Origin: an uncultured Thermoplasmata archaeon
Lineage (GTDB): Archaea > Thermoplasmatota > Thermoplasmata > Halarchaeoplasmatales > Halarchaeoplasmataceae
DNA: 45,469 bases
NCBI GenBank assembly: GCA_964399335.1
Contig: CAYNQI010000007.1
Location: 1-45,469, forward strand
Direction of reading: 5' to 3'
The notes under the pieces are model-generated. The model was not told the DNA's origin, ran no database searches, and worked only from the letters and a program-made list of their open reading frames with translations. The translations under genes were made by a program, and so were the position numbers. This document shows, in pieces, positions 6,648-16,300 of the stretch (positions are counted from its first letter, which is position 1; every line of letters begins with the position of its first letter).

Positions 6648-9600
6648 ATGGGTAATAAATTACGATATTCAGTAGTTCTTGTGACTTTGTTTATAGTTGT
6701 TGTAATGTTTTCTCCAGCAGTTTCTAGTTTTCATACTAATTCCCAGACAGATATTTTATTGGTATCGATCGAAAGGGAAAGTGATTTGTCGAATATAAAA
6801 TCGTTAGGGGGAGATGTACTAGCTAGATACCCGGATAGGGCTCTTATTAGGATGCCAACTAGGACTGAAAATCAATTAAGATCTGCAGGTATAACTATTG
6901 CGAGTACACTTCCTTCTAGGACCGAACTTTCCGTTAAAGGTCATACCTTCGATATAAATGAAAATATGCCGAATTTTCCAGAATCACTCACTATAGATGG
7001 ATACAGACCCGGTGAACAAGGAATATACTTGGTTCACATGTTAGGGCCCGTTTCATCGGAATGGAGAACATCTCTAGAATCCGAAAGCGTAGATATAATA
7101 AATTACGTTCCAAATTATGCTTATGAAGTGAGAATGACTCCGGAATTAGCGGAAAGAGTTGAAAATTTTGACTTCGTAGATTGGGTTGGAATATATCACC
7201 CTGGCTTCAAACTTCCTCAAAACATAGAACCAGGATATGTGATGGTCAATATGGTAGATGGCCGTAGATTAGTTACGGAAGTAGATGATAGGTCACAATT
7301 GGTCGAGATTGCGAATGATAACAATGTATACTACCTTTCTCAGTATCACGAACCTAAATTGTTGGACGAGATGGCTACCCAAATAATCGGTGGAGGGTTA
7401 TGGGTTTTAGATGATGACGATAACCCAGACACCGCATATCGAAAACATGGTGAGTATGGATCATTTGCTAATCAGATAGGATATCATGGTTCTGAATATG
7501 TCACTACTATCGCCGATTCTGGCCTTGGTAATGGAACAACACCTGACGCGGGTCATCCTGATTTTAAAGATAGAGTTGTTGGTGGATATGATTATCAAAG
7601 TGAATCATTTGAAGAAGGTGAATGGAACGATGGTAACGGTCACGGTACTCATTGTGCTGGATCCATAGGAGGTAATACTTACAACGGTACTGGAACCTTA
7701 TATTATGAGGACTATTATGCCTCACAAGGTTCTGCCCCGTCTACTAAATTTTTTGCTGTTAAAGTATTCAGCGATAGCGGTAATTGGATAGGTCCTACTG
7801 ATTACCACCATATCGTTGAAGTTGCTATGCAAAATACCAACACATATTTTCATTCTAACTCATGGGGTGGCGAGGGAGACGGTGCTTATACTTATTCTGA
7901 CGAGGACTACGATAGATCAGTTAGAGATGGTAATCGTGATTCAGATGAAAATGAACCTATAATCATAACTACTGCTGCAGGAAATAGTGGGCCAGGGACA
8001 GATGGTGGGGGATACAATTCGATATCTAGCCCTGGTAATGCAAAGAATGTTATCACCGTCGGTTCAGTTCAGAACTACAATCCAAACGTAGGTGTTTATG
8101 ATCCTGAGGCCGTTTCTTCTTTTAGCTCAAGGGGGTGGACCGATGATAATCGGGTAAAACCCGATTTGATGGCTCCTGGAGAGGGGATCCGTTCAACTGG
8201 CCCAGATGGCAATTATCTAACTAAATCAGGGACTTCTATGGCAACTCCTGCTGTTACAGGTGCAGCTAGTGTCGTAGTTGATTGGTATGAAAGTACTTAT
8301 GGAACAAGGCCAAATCCTTCGATGGTCAAAGCCCTGATGATAAATAATGCATATGATCTAGCAAATACTCAGGCGGATACTGGAGAAAATAGCCCCTATA
8401 TACCAAGCCAGGATCAAGGCTGGGGTATGGTGAATTTACCCACAATAGTCGACGCACCAGTGAATATGTTGTTAGAGGACGAAACATCACTACTTCAAAC
8501 CGGGCAAATAGATGAATATGAAATAGAATACGAAGACTCTTCCGTTCCACTTAATATCACTCTTACATGGACCGATGATAATGCTATGGCGGGTGATGAC
8601 CCAACATTAAAGAACGATCTCAACCTCGAACTGATTTCACCTAGTGGATTTGTGTTTAGAGGAAACAATCTTGTAGAAAGCTGGTCCGAACCAGGTGAGT
8701 CTACCTACAGCACTTTTGATACAAACGGTGATGGTTGGGACAACGTCAACAATGTTGAAAATATCAATCTTCATACGGATCTTATGGAGACCGGGACCTA
8801 CACTGTAAGGGTTATCGGTCATAATATCCCCTCAGATGCAAATAATGATGGTCTTCCTAATCAGGATTATTCTTTAGTCATGTACAATGCAGTGGAGTCC
8901 CCTACTGAACATAAACCCTTTCCACCTACTGACCCTGATCCATCAGATGGAGCGACAGGAATTCCAACTGAAATAGAGCTAAGTGTTTATGCGGAACATG
9001 AAGTCGATGATGATATGGATGTGTACTTCTACGATGCTTCTGATGACAGTTTGATCGGTACAGATAGCGATGTTACAAGTGGAAGTCGTGCTTATACATC
9101 GTGGGATGGTTTAGATAATGATAATACATACCAATGGTACACCGTTGCAGATGACGGTTCTCAGACTTCAATTTCAGATACTTGGAGTTTTACTACAGAG
9201 ATAGAAAATTTTACATTAACTATAAACTCATCTGAGGGAGGCCAAGTTACAGAACCTGGAGAAAGTATTTACGAATACAATTCTGGCGAGGTGGTTTACC
9301 TTGAAGCGGTGCCCGAAAATGACTATCTATTTTTAGAATGGATTGGAGCCAATGAAACTATAGAGGATACTAAGGACAATCAAACACATATCACCATAAA
9401 TTCCGATTATTCTATAAAGGCTGAATTCGAAGCTATCGAGGTCTCCGAAGTTTTTATTCATCCAGACGATAATCAAACCCTAGAAGCGGGAGAAGAGTTA
9501 GAGTTCGGAGCAGAGGCCTATGATCAATACGGCAATATGATCACCGATGATCTAGACGATTTTCAATGGCAGAATGCCGATTCAGGTGTTTTCTATGAAG

Positions 9601-11012
9601 TTGCTACTGGTGGGTATGATGTGAGTGCAACTTATGATGGTGTAAAGTCAAATACTATATATGTTACGGTAGAACCATCTGAAGCTGTAGGGATAGATAT
9701 ATCACCAGACCCAACTAATATAATTGCAGGAGATTCACAGGAATATATCGCAACTGCATTTGATAAGTGGGGTAACGAATTTGATGTAACTGAGAATATA
9801 GTTTGGTCCGATGATGTTGAACCTTCAGAGGGTTCTCAATGGGAAAAAAATATCATCGCGGTCGAGGTGGCTGGTAAATGGGATGTTACAGGTGAATATG
9901 AAAATTTAACTGGAAAAATTTTGACTGATGCTGTGGAGTTGATAGTCGAGCATAATGATGTAAATTATGTGGAGGTATTTCCTGGCGAGGATTTTTTTAC
10001 AAAAGCGGGAGAAGAAATAATGTTCCAGGCGAAAGCCTATGACGAGTATGATAATCTGATAACAAAAAGGCAGGAAGATTTTGATTGGATTAATGCAGAA
10101 AACGGTTTTTTTTACAAAACCATCATAGGTGAATACAATGTAAGCGCAGTTTACAATGGGGTTACTTCAAACGTAACAACTATATTTGTAGAACCGGGGT
10201 CGGTTGATATTGTCGAAATAAACCCTGTTGAGGATAAAACAGTTTTATCAGGAACCGAATTGAATTTTACTGCCAAAGCTTATGACGAATATAATAATCT
10301 GATAACAAACGATGTGAAAGATTTTACCTGGAGTAACATCTCAGAGTTAGATAACCATAGAAATGCAGCGGTTTTTTATGAAAAATCAAAAGGAGATTAT
10401 CACGTAAAAGCTACGTATGAAAATGTAAGTTCAACTGTTGCTAGGATTACCGTGACCCCATTTAGTTTGACTATTGAGTCTACAACTGGAGGTTATGCTA
10501 TAGAACCAGATGAAGGTACGTCAGAATTTGAGTATGGGACCGTTGTCGACCTTAAGGCAAAAGCGGATGACGGGTATCATTTTCTAAGATGGAGTGGCGA
10601 TAATACTACCATAGATGATGTGGCAATTAACCAGACTACTATAAAGATTCTAGATAATTACAGTATAGAAGTCCAGTTCAAAATTAATACTTACACATTA
10701 GAGATATCGTCGACTACTGGAGGAACTGTTGTAGAACCTGGTGAGGGGAAATTTGAGTATGAATATGGGACAGTGGTAAATTTAGAGGCTTTAGCGGATG
10801 ATGGTTATAAATTCGTTAATTGGACTAGTAGTGAAACAAATGGCGAAGAAACTATGAGCTTACTTATCGATGGAGATAAGGAGATCAGGGCTAACTTTGA
10901 TGAGGATGAAGAAAGAGATGGCATATCGGGCTTATTAGCAGTTCTCGCATTACTCGGTGCAATTACAGCGATTGTCATCTACATCATCTATAAAAGAAGA
11001 TATAGCAAATAA
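6648..11012 (+). CDS. Large secreted, C-terminally anchored S8 (subtilisin-like) serine protease
   Basis: Signal peptide and prodomain, then the catalytic triad TIADSG / HGTHCAG / GTSMATP and oxyanion AAGNSG. A Kp43-like beta domain (ITLTWTD, NNVENI), a fibronectin-like unit, repeats and a C-terminal TM helix with basic tail follow. Confidence 0.93.
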   Translation: MGNKLRYSVVLVTLFIVVVMFSPAVSSFHTNSQTDILLVSIERESDLSNIKSLGGDVLARYPDRALIRMPTRTENQLRSAGITIASTLPSRTELSVKGHTFDINENMPNFPESLTIDGYRPGEQGIYLVHMLGPVSSEWRTSLESESVDIINYVPNYAYEVRMTPELAERVENFDFVDWVGIYHPGFKLPQNIEPGYVMVNMVDGRRLVTEVDDRSQLVEIANDNNVYYLSQYHEPKLLDEMATQIIGGGLWVLDDDDNPDTAYRKHGEYGSFANQIGYHGSEYVTTIADSGLGNGTTPDAGHPDFKDRVVGGYDYQSESFEEGEWNDGNGHGTHCAGSIGGNTYNGTGTLYYEDYYASQGSAPSTKFFAVKVFSDSGNWIGPTDYHHIVEVAMQNTNTYFHSNSWGGEGDGAYTYSDEDYDRSVRDGNRDSDENEPIIITTAAGNSGPGTDGGGYNSISSPGNAKNVITVGSVQNYNPNVGVYDPEAVSSFSSRGWTDDNRVKPDLMAPGEGIRSTGPDGNYLTKSGTSMATPAVTGAASVVVDWYESTYGTRPNPSMVKALMINNAYDLANTQADTGENSPYIPSQDQGWGMVNLPTIVDAPVNMLLEDETSLLQTGQIDEYEIEYEDSSVPLNITLTWTDDNAMAGDDPTLKNDLNLELISPSGFVFRGNNLVESWSEPGESTYSTFDTNGDGWDNVNNVENINLHTDLMETGTYTVRVIGHNIPSDANNDGLPNQDYSLVMYNAVESPTEHKPFPPTDPDPSDGATGIPTEIELSVYAEHEVDDDMDVYFYDASDDSLIGTDSDVTSGSRAYTSWDGLDNDNTYQWYTVADDGSQTSISDTWSFTTEIENFTLTINSSEGGQVTEPGESIYEYNSGEVVYLEAVPENDYLFLEWIGANETIEDTKDNQTHITINSDYSIKAEFEAIEVSEVFIHPDDNQTLEAGEELEFGAEAYDQYGNMITDDLDDFQWQNADSGVFYEVATGGYDVSATYDGVKSNTIYVTVEPSEAVGIDISPDPTNIIAGDSQEYIATAFDKWGNEFDVTENIVWSDDVEPSEGSQWEKNIIAVEVAGKWDVTGEYENLTGKILTDAVELIVEHNDVNYVEVFPGEDFFTKAGEEIMFQAKAYDEYDNLITKRQEDFDWINAENGFFYKTIIGEYNVSAVYNGVTSNVTTIFVEPGSVDIVEINPVEDKTVLSGTELNFTAKAYDEYNNLITNDVKDFTWSNISELDNHRNAAVFYEKSKGDYHVKATYENVSSTVARITVTPFSLTIESTTGGYAIEPDEGTSEFEYGTVVDLKAKADDGYHFLRWSGDNTTIDDVAINQTTIKILDNYSIEVQFKINTYTLEISSTTGGTVVEPGEGKFEYEYGTVVNLEALADDGYKFVNWTSSETNGEETMSLLIDGDKEIRANFDEDEERDGISGLLAVLALLGAITAIVIYIIYKRRYSK
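9205..10900 (+). repeat. Protein-level repeats in the protease stalk: three InlB-B/Listeria-Bacteroides-like units and three to four Ig-like units
   Basis: LTIxSxxGG..EP.EG..EYxxGxVVxLEA..D.Y.F..W occurs near 9205, 10460 and 10690. A(E/K)AYD(Q/E)YxNxIT..DFxW..G.Y.V.A.Y..V.S occurs near 9510, 10030 and 10270. Boundaries approximate. Confidence 0.8.
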
Positions 11013-11056
11013 TTGATTTTATAACGCTGTAATTTTAAATGAACTAAATTCCAACT

Positions 11057-12532
11057 TCAATTAAATTGTTTAACAGTGATTTGATTCGATGTAGGATCGT
11101 AAATGACAACTTTAGCAGGATCCGGTTGAATGTCACGCATTTTCTGATACTCGGTTTGATCCTGCCAAGTAGATGAGTTTATCATTATAGTACCGTGATA
11201 TTCTTCCACCTGTGTTTTATGGATATGACCTGTAACAAATATATCGGGAAGATCATCGATAACCAGTAGATCTTCTTTTTCTGGTGCGATCGGTGTTTTT
11301 TCACCATAAACTGGTACTAGATGCCTTCTTTCCAACATCTCAATCATAGCGGTAGCCGGATGATCGGTATCAACATGATTGAGCTTATCAGAAAGATCGT
11401 TTATACTCCTCCCGTGGTACATCAGTATCTTCAATCCCTCTATAGTTATAAACGCTGGATTTCCATAGAACCTAACGTTTTCAGGGAACATATTTTGAAC
11501 TTTTTCAGGTAAGCAGGGTTGCGGTTCGGGGTTCCTAGAGATATCGTGATTTCCCGGTATAGTTATAATAACTATATCCTCTGGTAACTTCTTTATCATC
11601 TTTGCAAATTCTCTGTACTGTTCGTAGATATCTAGGATCTCAAGTTCATCTTCTTGATTAGGAAAGATACCGATACCGTCTATCAGATCTCCCGAAACTA
11701 TAACGTATTGGATACCCCTAGCTTTATCGTTATCAGAGTTCAGCCATCCGGCAAATTTTTCCCATTTATCTTTTAGGAACGTGTTACTGCCAACGTGCAC
11801 ATCTCCGATAAATGCGATCTTTCCACTGAAGTCGTTATGGGTTTTTGGTCTAATTTTAGGTACCCCTGGTCTGATGATTTCTTCGATGGAAAAAGTGACG
11901 TCAAAATCTTTTCTCTTCTCCCACACACTTCCAACAGCTAGGATGACCTCATCTTCAAGTAGATTTTTTTTATAAGCTGGATTATCAGAAGAAATGAAAC
12001 CACGCATAGTCCCAGTTGGATCTTCCAATTTTAGTATTTTGTTACCGTTATTTGTTTCATAGATATCCCCAACCATCGCGATAATTTTAGCATCACCAGT
12101 TCTTTTTTTGGCGGAGGCAACATCTATCACCCCTTTACCTTCCCTTCTTGTAGACAGAATCGACCTAATTTTTTCATATCTGTTGTTAAAATACTTAGCA
12201 AAATCATCTATAACTCCTGTACAAGTGGAGTTCCCTGTTATATCTCTTATCACTTCGATATTTTCACAGAGAGATGTAATATCATTTATCTCATTTCTTA
12301 CTTCGCTGCACGTTTCAGGAGATTTTTCTAGTCCGCTTCCTTTTTCAACAAAAGATTCAATAGTGTCTCTACATATCGGAAAGGGAAGATTCTTTTTTTC
12401 CTCTAAAATATTATCTACGATAGAACTAGGATCCTCCTGCCCTTCAAGATACTTCCATGCACAGGGGGAGATCAATGTATTTTTTTCTGCGACTTTCCGG
12501 AGTATTTTCTCGTGCATCCCGATCATTAACAC
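11057..12532 (-). CDS. polB: DNA polymerase D small subunit (DP1)
   Basis: OB fold (LKLEDPTG) plus the calcineurin-like phosphoesterase motifs GDVHVG, SGDLIDG, PGNHD, YHG and GHIH. Confidence 0.95.
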   Translation of the reverse strand: MLMIGMHEKILRKVAEKNTLISPCAWKYLEGQEDPSSIVDNILEEKKNLPFPICRDTIESFVEKGSGLEKSPETCSEVRNEINDITSLCENIEVIRDITGNSTCTGVIDDFAKYFNNRYEKIRSILSTRREGKGVIDVASAKKRTGDAKIIAMVGDIYETNNGNKILKLEDPTGTMRGFISSDNPAYKKNLLEDEVILAVGSVWEKRKDFDVTFSIEEIIRPGVPKIRPKTHNDFSGKIAFIGDVHVGSNTFLKDKWEKFAGWLNSDNDKARGIQYVIVSGDLIDGIGIFPNQEDELEILDIYEQYREFAKMIKKLPEDIVIITIPGNHDISRNPEPQPCLPEKVQNMFPENVRFYGNPAFITIEGLKILMYHGRSINDLSDKLNHVDTDHPATAMIEMLERRHLVPVYGEKTPIAPEKEDLLVIDDLPDIFVTGHIHKTQVEEYHGTIMINSSTWQDQTEYQKMRDIQPDPAKVVIYDPTSNQITVKQFN

Positions 12533-12622
12533 ACATCTAAGATATGATAGATAAGTCTTTTTAAATCTGTGTTATCATTATGAAAATAACAATATTTTTT
12601 GAGATCTGTTTAATTTCATTAA

Positions 12623-13168
12623 CTAAAACTCGATCCATATACCTTCTATAGGTCTTTTAGGAACTTTAAGTACACCGCCTTCGTGATAATACTCAACTTT
12701 CTCGTCACTCTGTACGACCTCTGGTTCCTCGTCGGGATAACCTAGTGCAACCAGATATACTATTTTATGATCGCTAGGGATTGGTAACAGTTCTTGTAGT
12801 TTTTCTCTGTCAATACTGCCCAATATGCAGGAACCGACCCCTTCGTTCCAAGCTGTTAAACATATGCTTTGAGCTGCTATCCCGGCGTCTATATCCCATC
12901 CGTAATCTTCCTTTTTTAATATCCCGATATAGGCCCTTGGCATTTCTGTTTCATCCGGTTCCCAATCAAGGTATCCGGCCCACTTAGTACATGAAAAAAC
13001 CTCTTCTAGTTTCTTCGTAATAGTTATAAATTTCAAAGGTTGTTTATTAGCAGCTGAGGGCGACAATCTGCCGGCATTTACACATTTTTCCAATACAGTG
13101 CTGGGAATCGATTTGTCTTTGAACTTTCGAATACTTCTCCTCTCTTTTATAGTTAAATATGTGTCCAT
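12623..13168 (-). CDS. Nitroreductase-family flavoprotein
   Basis: RRSIRKF, PSAANKQPLKF and LVALGYP motifs. The start is probably ATG 13168 (MDTYLTIKERRS). Confidence 0.9.
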   Translation of the reverse strand: MDTYLTIKERRSIRKFKDKSIPSTVLEKCVNAGRLSPSAANKQPLKFITITKKLEEVFSCTKWAGYLDWEPDETEMPRAYIGILKKEDYGWDIDAGIAAQSICLTAWNEGVGSCILGSIDREKLQELLPIPSDHKIVYLVALGYPDEEPEVVQSDEKVEYYHEGGVLKVPKRPIEGIWIEF

Positions 13169-13307
13169 CTTACCAACTTCAAATAAAATCATTCTTTTAT
13201 ATCTTTTACTCATGAACTAATCAAAACTCAAATATCGGGCAAACTCTTTTATATCTTAGTAAATCTACATGGGATATATACCAAATTGTTTCCCCATGGT
13301 GAAAAAC

Positions 13308-16300
13308 ATGTATAAGAGCGAAAAGCAACTTTCGAAAATTTTGAGCTTGACGATATTATTTTTGCTTGTGACTGGTATACTTGTTCCGGTTATGAGTGAA
13401 ACAAAAGGATACGGTTCACATCCTGAAATTGACGCAGAGGAAGCTACCGATGATATTGAACCTTTTTCAGATGACGAATGGCTAATTACAGAAACTGTGT
13501 ATGTGAACAGTTCTAGACAGATCGATAGTCATATAACTATAACAGGTGAAGGTGAATTAATTATAAACGATTCTACCTTGACTTTATTGATAGATGAATA
13601 TCATCCTTGGAAAATTGAGATACTGGATGGTGGAAGACTTGAATTATGGAACAGCGTAATAACCACTAAATTAAGGAACGATGGTGATGTATTAAGACCA
13701 TATCTTAAAACCAATATATCAGCTCAAAACGGATCTGAAATTTTGATGGAAGAAAACTCAGAATTTAAATTCCCCGGTTGGGTATTCATAGAAAATTCTG
13801 ATTTTACCATGAGGAAATCATCTTTTGAGAGTTTAGATGAAGTTCCAGATTATGATGGGATAGAGGAGAAAAATAATGATGACTGTCCTAGATTTACAGC
13901 ACTGAATGGTTCATCTATACTGATAGAAGATTCCGAGATAAATGATTACTATAGTTTTAGTAGAGATGGTGATGATAAAATGGTTTGGAGGACCTTTGAA
14001 GATAATTTAGAAACTGAAGAAGGAGAATACGTGTTAGGACCTAATAAAACACTCGAAATTGATGAATGGTATCTAGACGACGCCGATTTCCCGTTTGGAG
14101 TTCATGATTATATCGATCCTTATAACCGGATCAGCGCATTAGCAATAGAGATAACATATTCTACTGAAGATAACTATACAGTATCAAGTCCTTTGAATTA
14201 TTCTGTAAACGATGAATGGAAAGAGGCTTTGATCATTGGACCCCAGGGTACTGAAGAAACCTTTTCTAGTGATATTTGGGAACTTGATTTAGATAGCTTC
14301 TATAGGGGCGAAGAAAATTATCTCAAAGATCTAAGTATCAATCTTACAAATCAGGAGATCTCTGATAATAATAATAAGAGCATTATCATAAGTGAAATAA
14401 ATTTAGTTTCGGAATACAATAATGACATCTATATAAGGGATTCTGAGATGACTGTGATCAACAGTCATATAGACGTAGATTATAATGCAGCCCAACCTGA
14501 TCCAACCGATGACGACTCAATCACAACTGATGAAACTTGGATGCAGGATGCCAACCTTGAACGCAGGGCTATACGGTTGATCGATTCAGATTTTAGATCC
14601 TATGGGGTTTACCCTCAAGATGAATGGTCCCCTGACGGAGATCCATTCTTGATCGCTGATGAAAATTCTGAAAACAGAACATGGTACTATCGATGGGTGA
14701 CCGTAACAGCCCTTGATAGTGCTGGTACTCCTCTTCCGGAAACAAATATAAACATCACTTTAGATGAAAGTTTAAAAGACTTATCAGAGGCACTTTACGA
14801 TAATGTAGATGAACGAAATGATCTAACTGATAATTTAAAAGCATGGGATTATTTTAATAGAACTGGAAAAGGTTATTATGATCACGAAAATAACACATTC
14901 ATTACAGGTGAGGACGGACAAGTCACTTTATTTTTGATAAGTGACAGAGTAAATCATCCACAGGACTGGCCAAATACAAGAAGCGTGGGAGACTATTTCA
15001 TCGAGGGGAAACATGAGGAAGTAGAAACAGCTGATGGGGAGATCAACCTTGAAAACTTCCCTAACATGAATGAAACTGCTACTTTCCACGATTATGATCT
15101 AATATTTGATGAGGAGATCCCTCTACCGGACTTCAACATTACAGAAGATGATTTTAGAATTCTTAAAGACGGAATAGAAGTTAGTTTTGTTACAAGAGGC
15201 ACTGAATTAGAATTGGAAGCTACTGTGAGTAATACCGGAAGAAAGGATGCAGTAGGCAACATAGAATTGGTATTTTATTCTTATTTTGAAGATGAACCTG
15301 AATCTGTAATCGTAGAAACCGAAGATCTTGATGGGCTTGAAGCGAATGAAAGTAAAACAAGGTCTGTGTTCTTGGATACTACCGAGATGGATTTGGGAGA
15401 TTATTTAATTGGCGCTCATGTTGATCCATACGATGATTATGATGAATTGAACACAGATAACAATTTTGCAGATAAAGAGATAACACTCTCTGATAAAGCA
15501 AATCTACAGCCATTTGAATTAGCTGCTGATCCTGCAGATACGATAACAGACGGTGAAGATATATCATTCTATGCAGGAATAGAGAACATCGGTGGTACTG
15601 ATGCACATGATGTAACCGTATCTTTTTATTATGAAGACGGAGAGACCCTTATCGGCAGCGATACTATAGAGGAGATACCCGGGAATGATTCTATCCGATA
15701 CACTGAATTGGTACTTTGGGAGGACTATCCAGGTCCGGGTGAATATAATGTAACTGTAGTCGTTGATCCTGATAACGATATAGACGAAGTCGACACTACC
15801 AATAATGAATTATGGGGAACCTTTACGATACTGAGCACGGCTGAATTATTTATCGATCTTCGGGTAGAACCTGATGATTTATACGAAGATGAAACAGTAG
15901 ATATCACGGGTACAATCAATAATACTGGAGAAACAATTTCATCGGATATAGATGTATATTTTTATTTAGATGAAGGCACAGAATATGAGGATCTTATACA
16001 TTCAGAATTCGTTCCAGGTATTGAGGGAGGTGACACCGTCACCTTTGATTACCAATGGACTGCTGAGATGGTCAGTGGTGAATTGAGTGAAACCCGCACT
16101 ATTTCTATGATCATAGAACCCGAAGATGAAGGACAGATCGAAGAACCTAGAAAGGATGTACCCATAGATCTCATGAAACCTGCTCATATCTCTTTAGTTG
16201 AAGATGATATATCATTCGATGATGAATTATCGGAAATAGGAAAGATGCTTAACATAAGCGCAGAGGTATGGAATTCGGGTGGTGCTGAAGCCACTGTAGA

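Noticed and set aside
9205-10900. Recurring similar sequence as a possible CRISPR array or DNA repeat element
   Set aside because: The repeats are degenerate, in frame and explained by protein domains; no constant repeat-spacer pattern or cas genes anywhere in the window.
10900-11012. PGF-CTERM/archaeosortase signal on the anchored surface proteins (also near 18390 and 31790)
   Set aside because: TM helices with basic tails are present but no PGF-like tripeptide precedes them.
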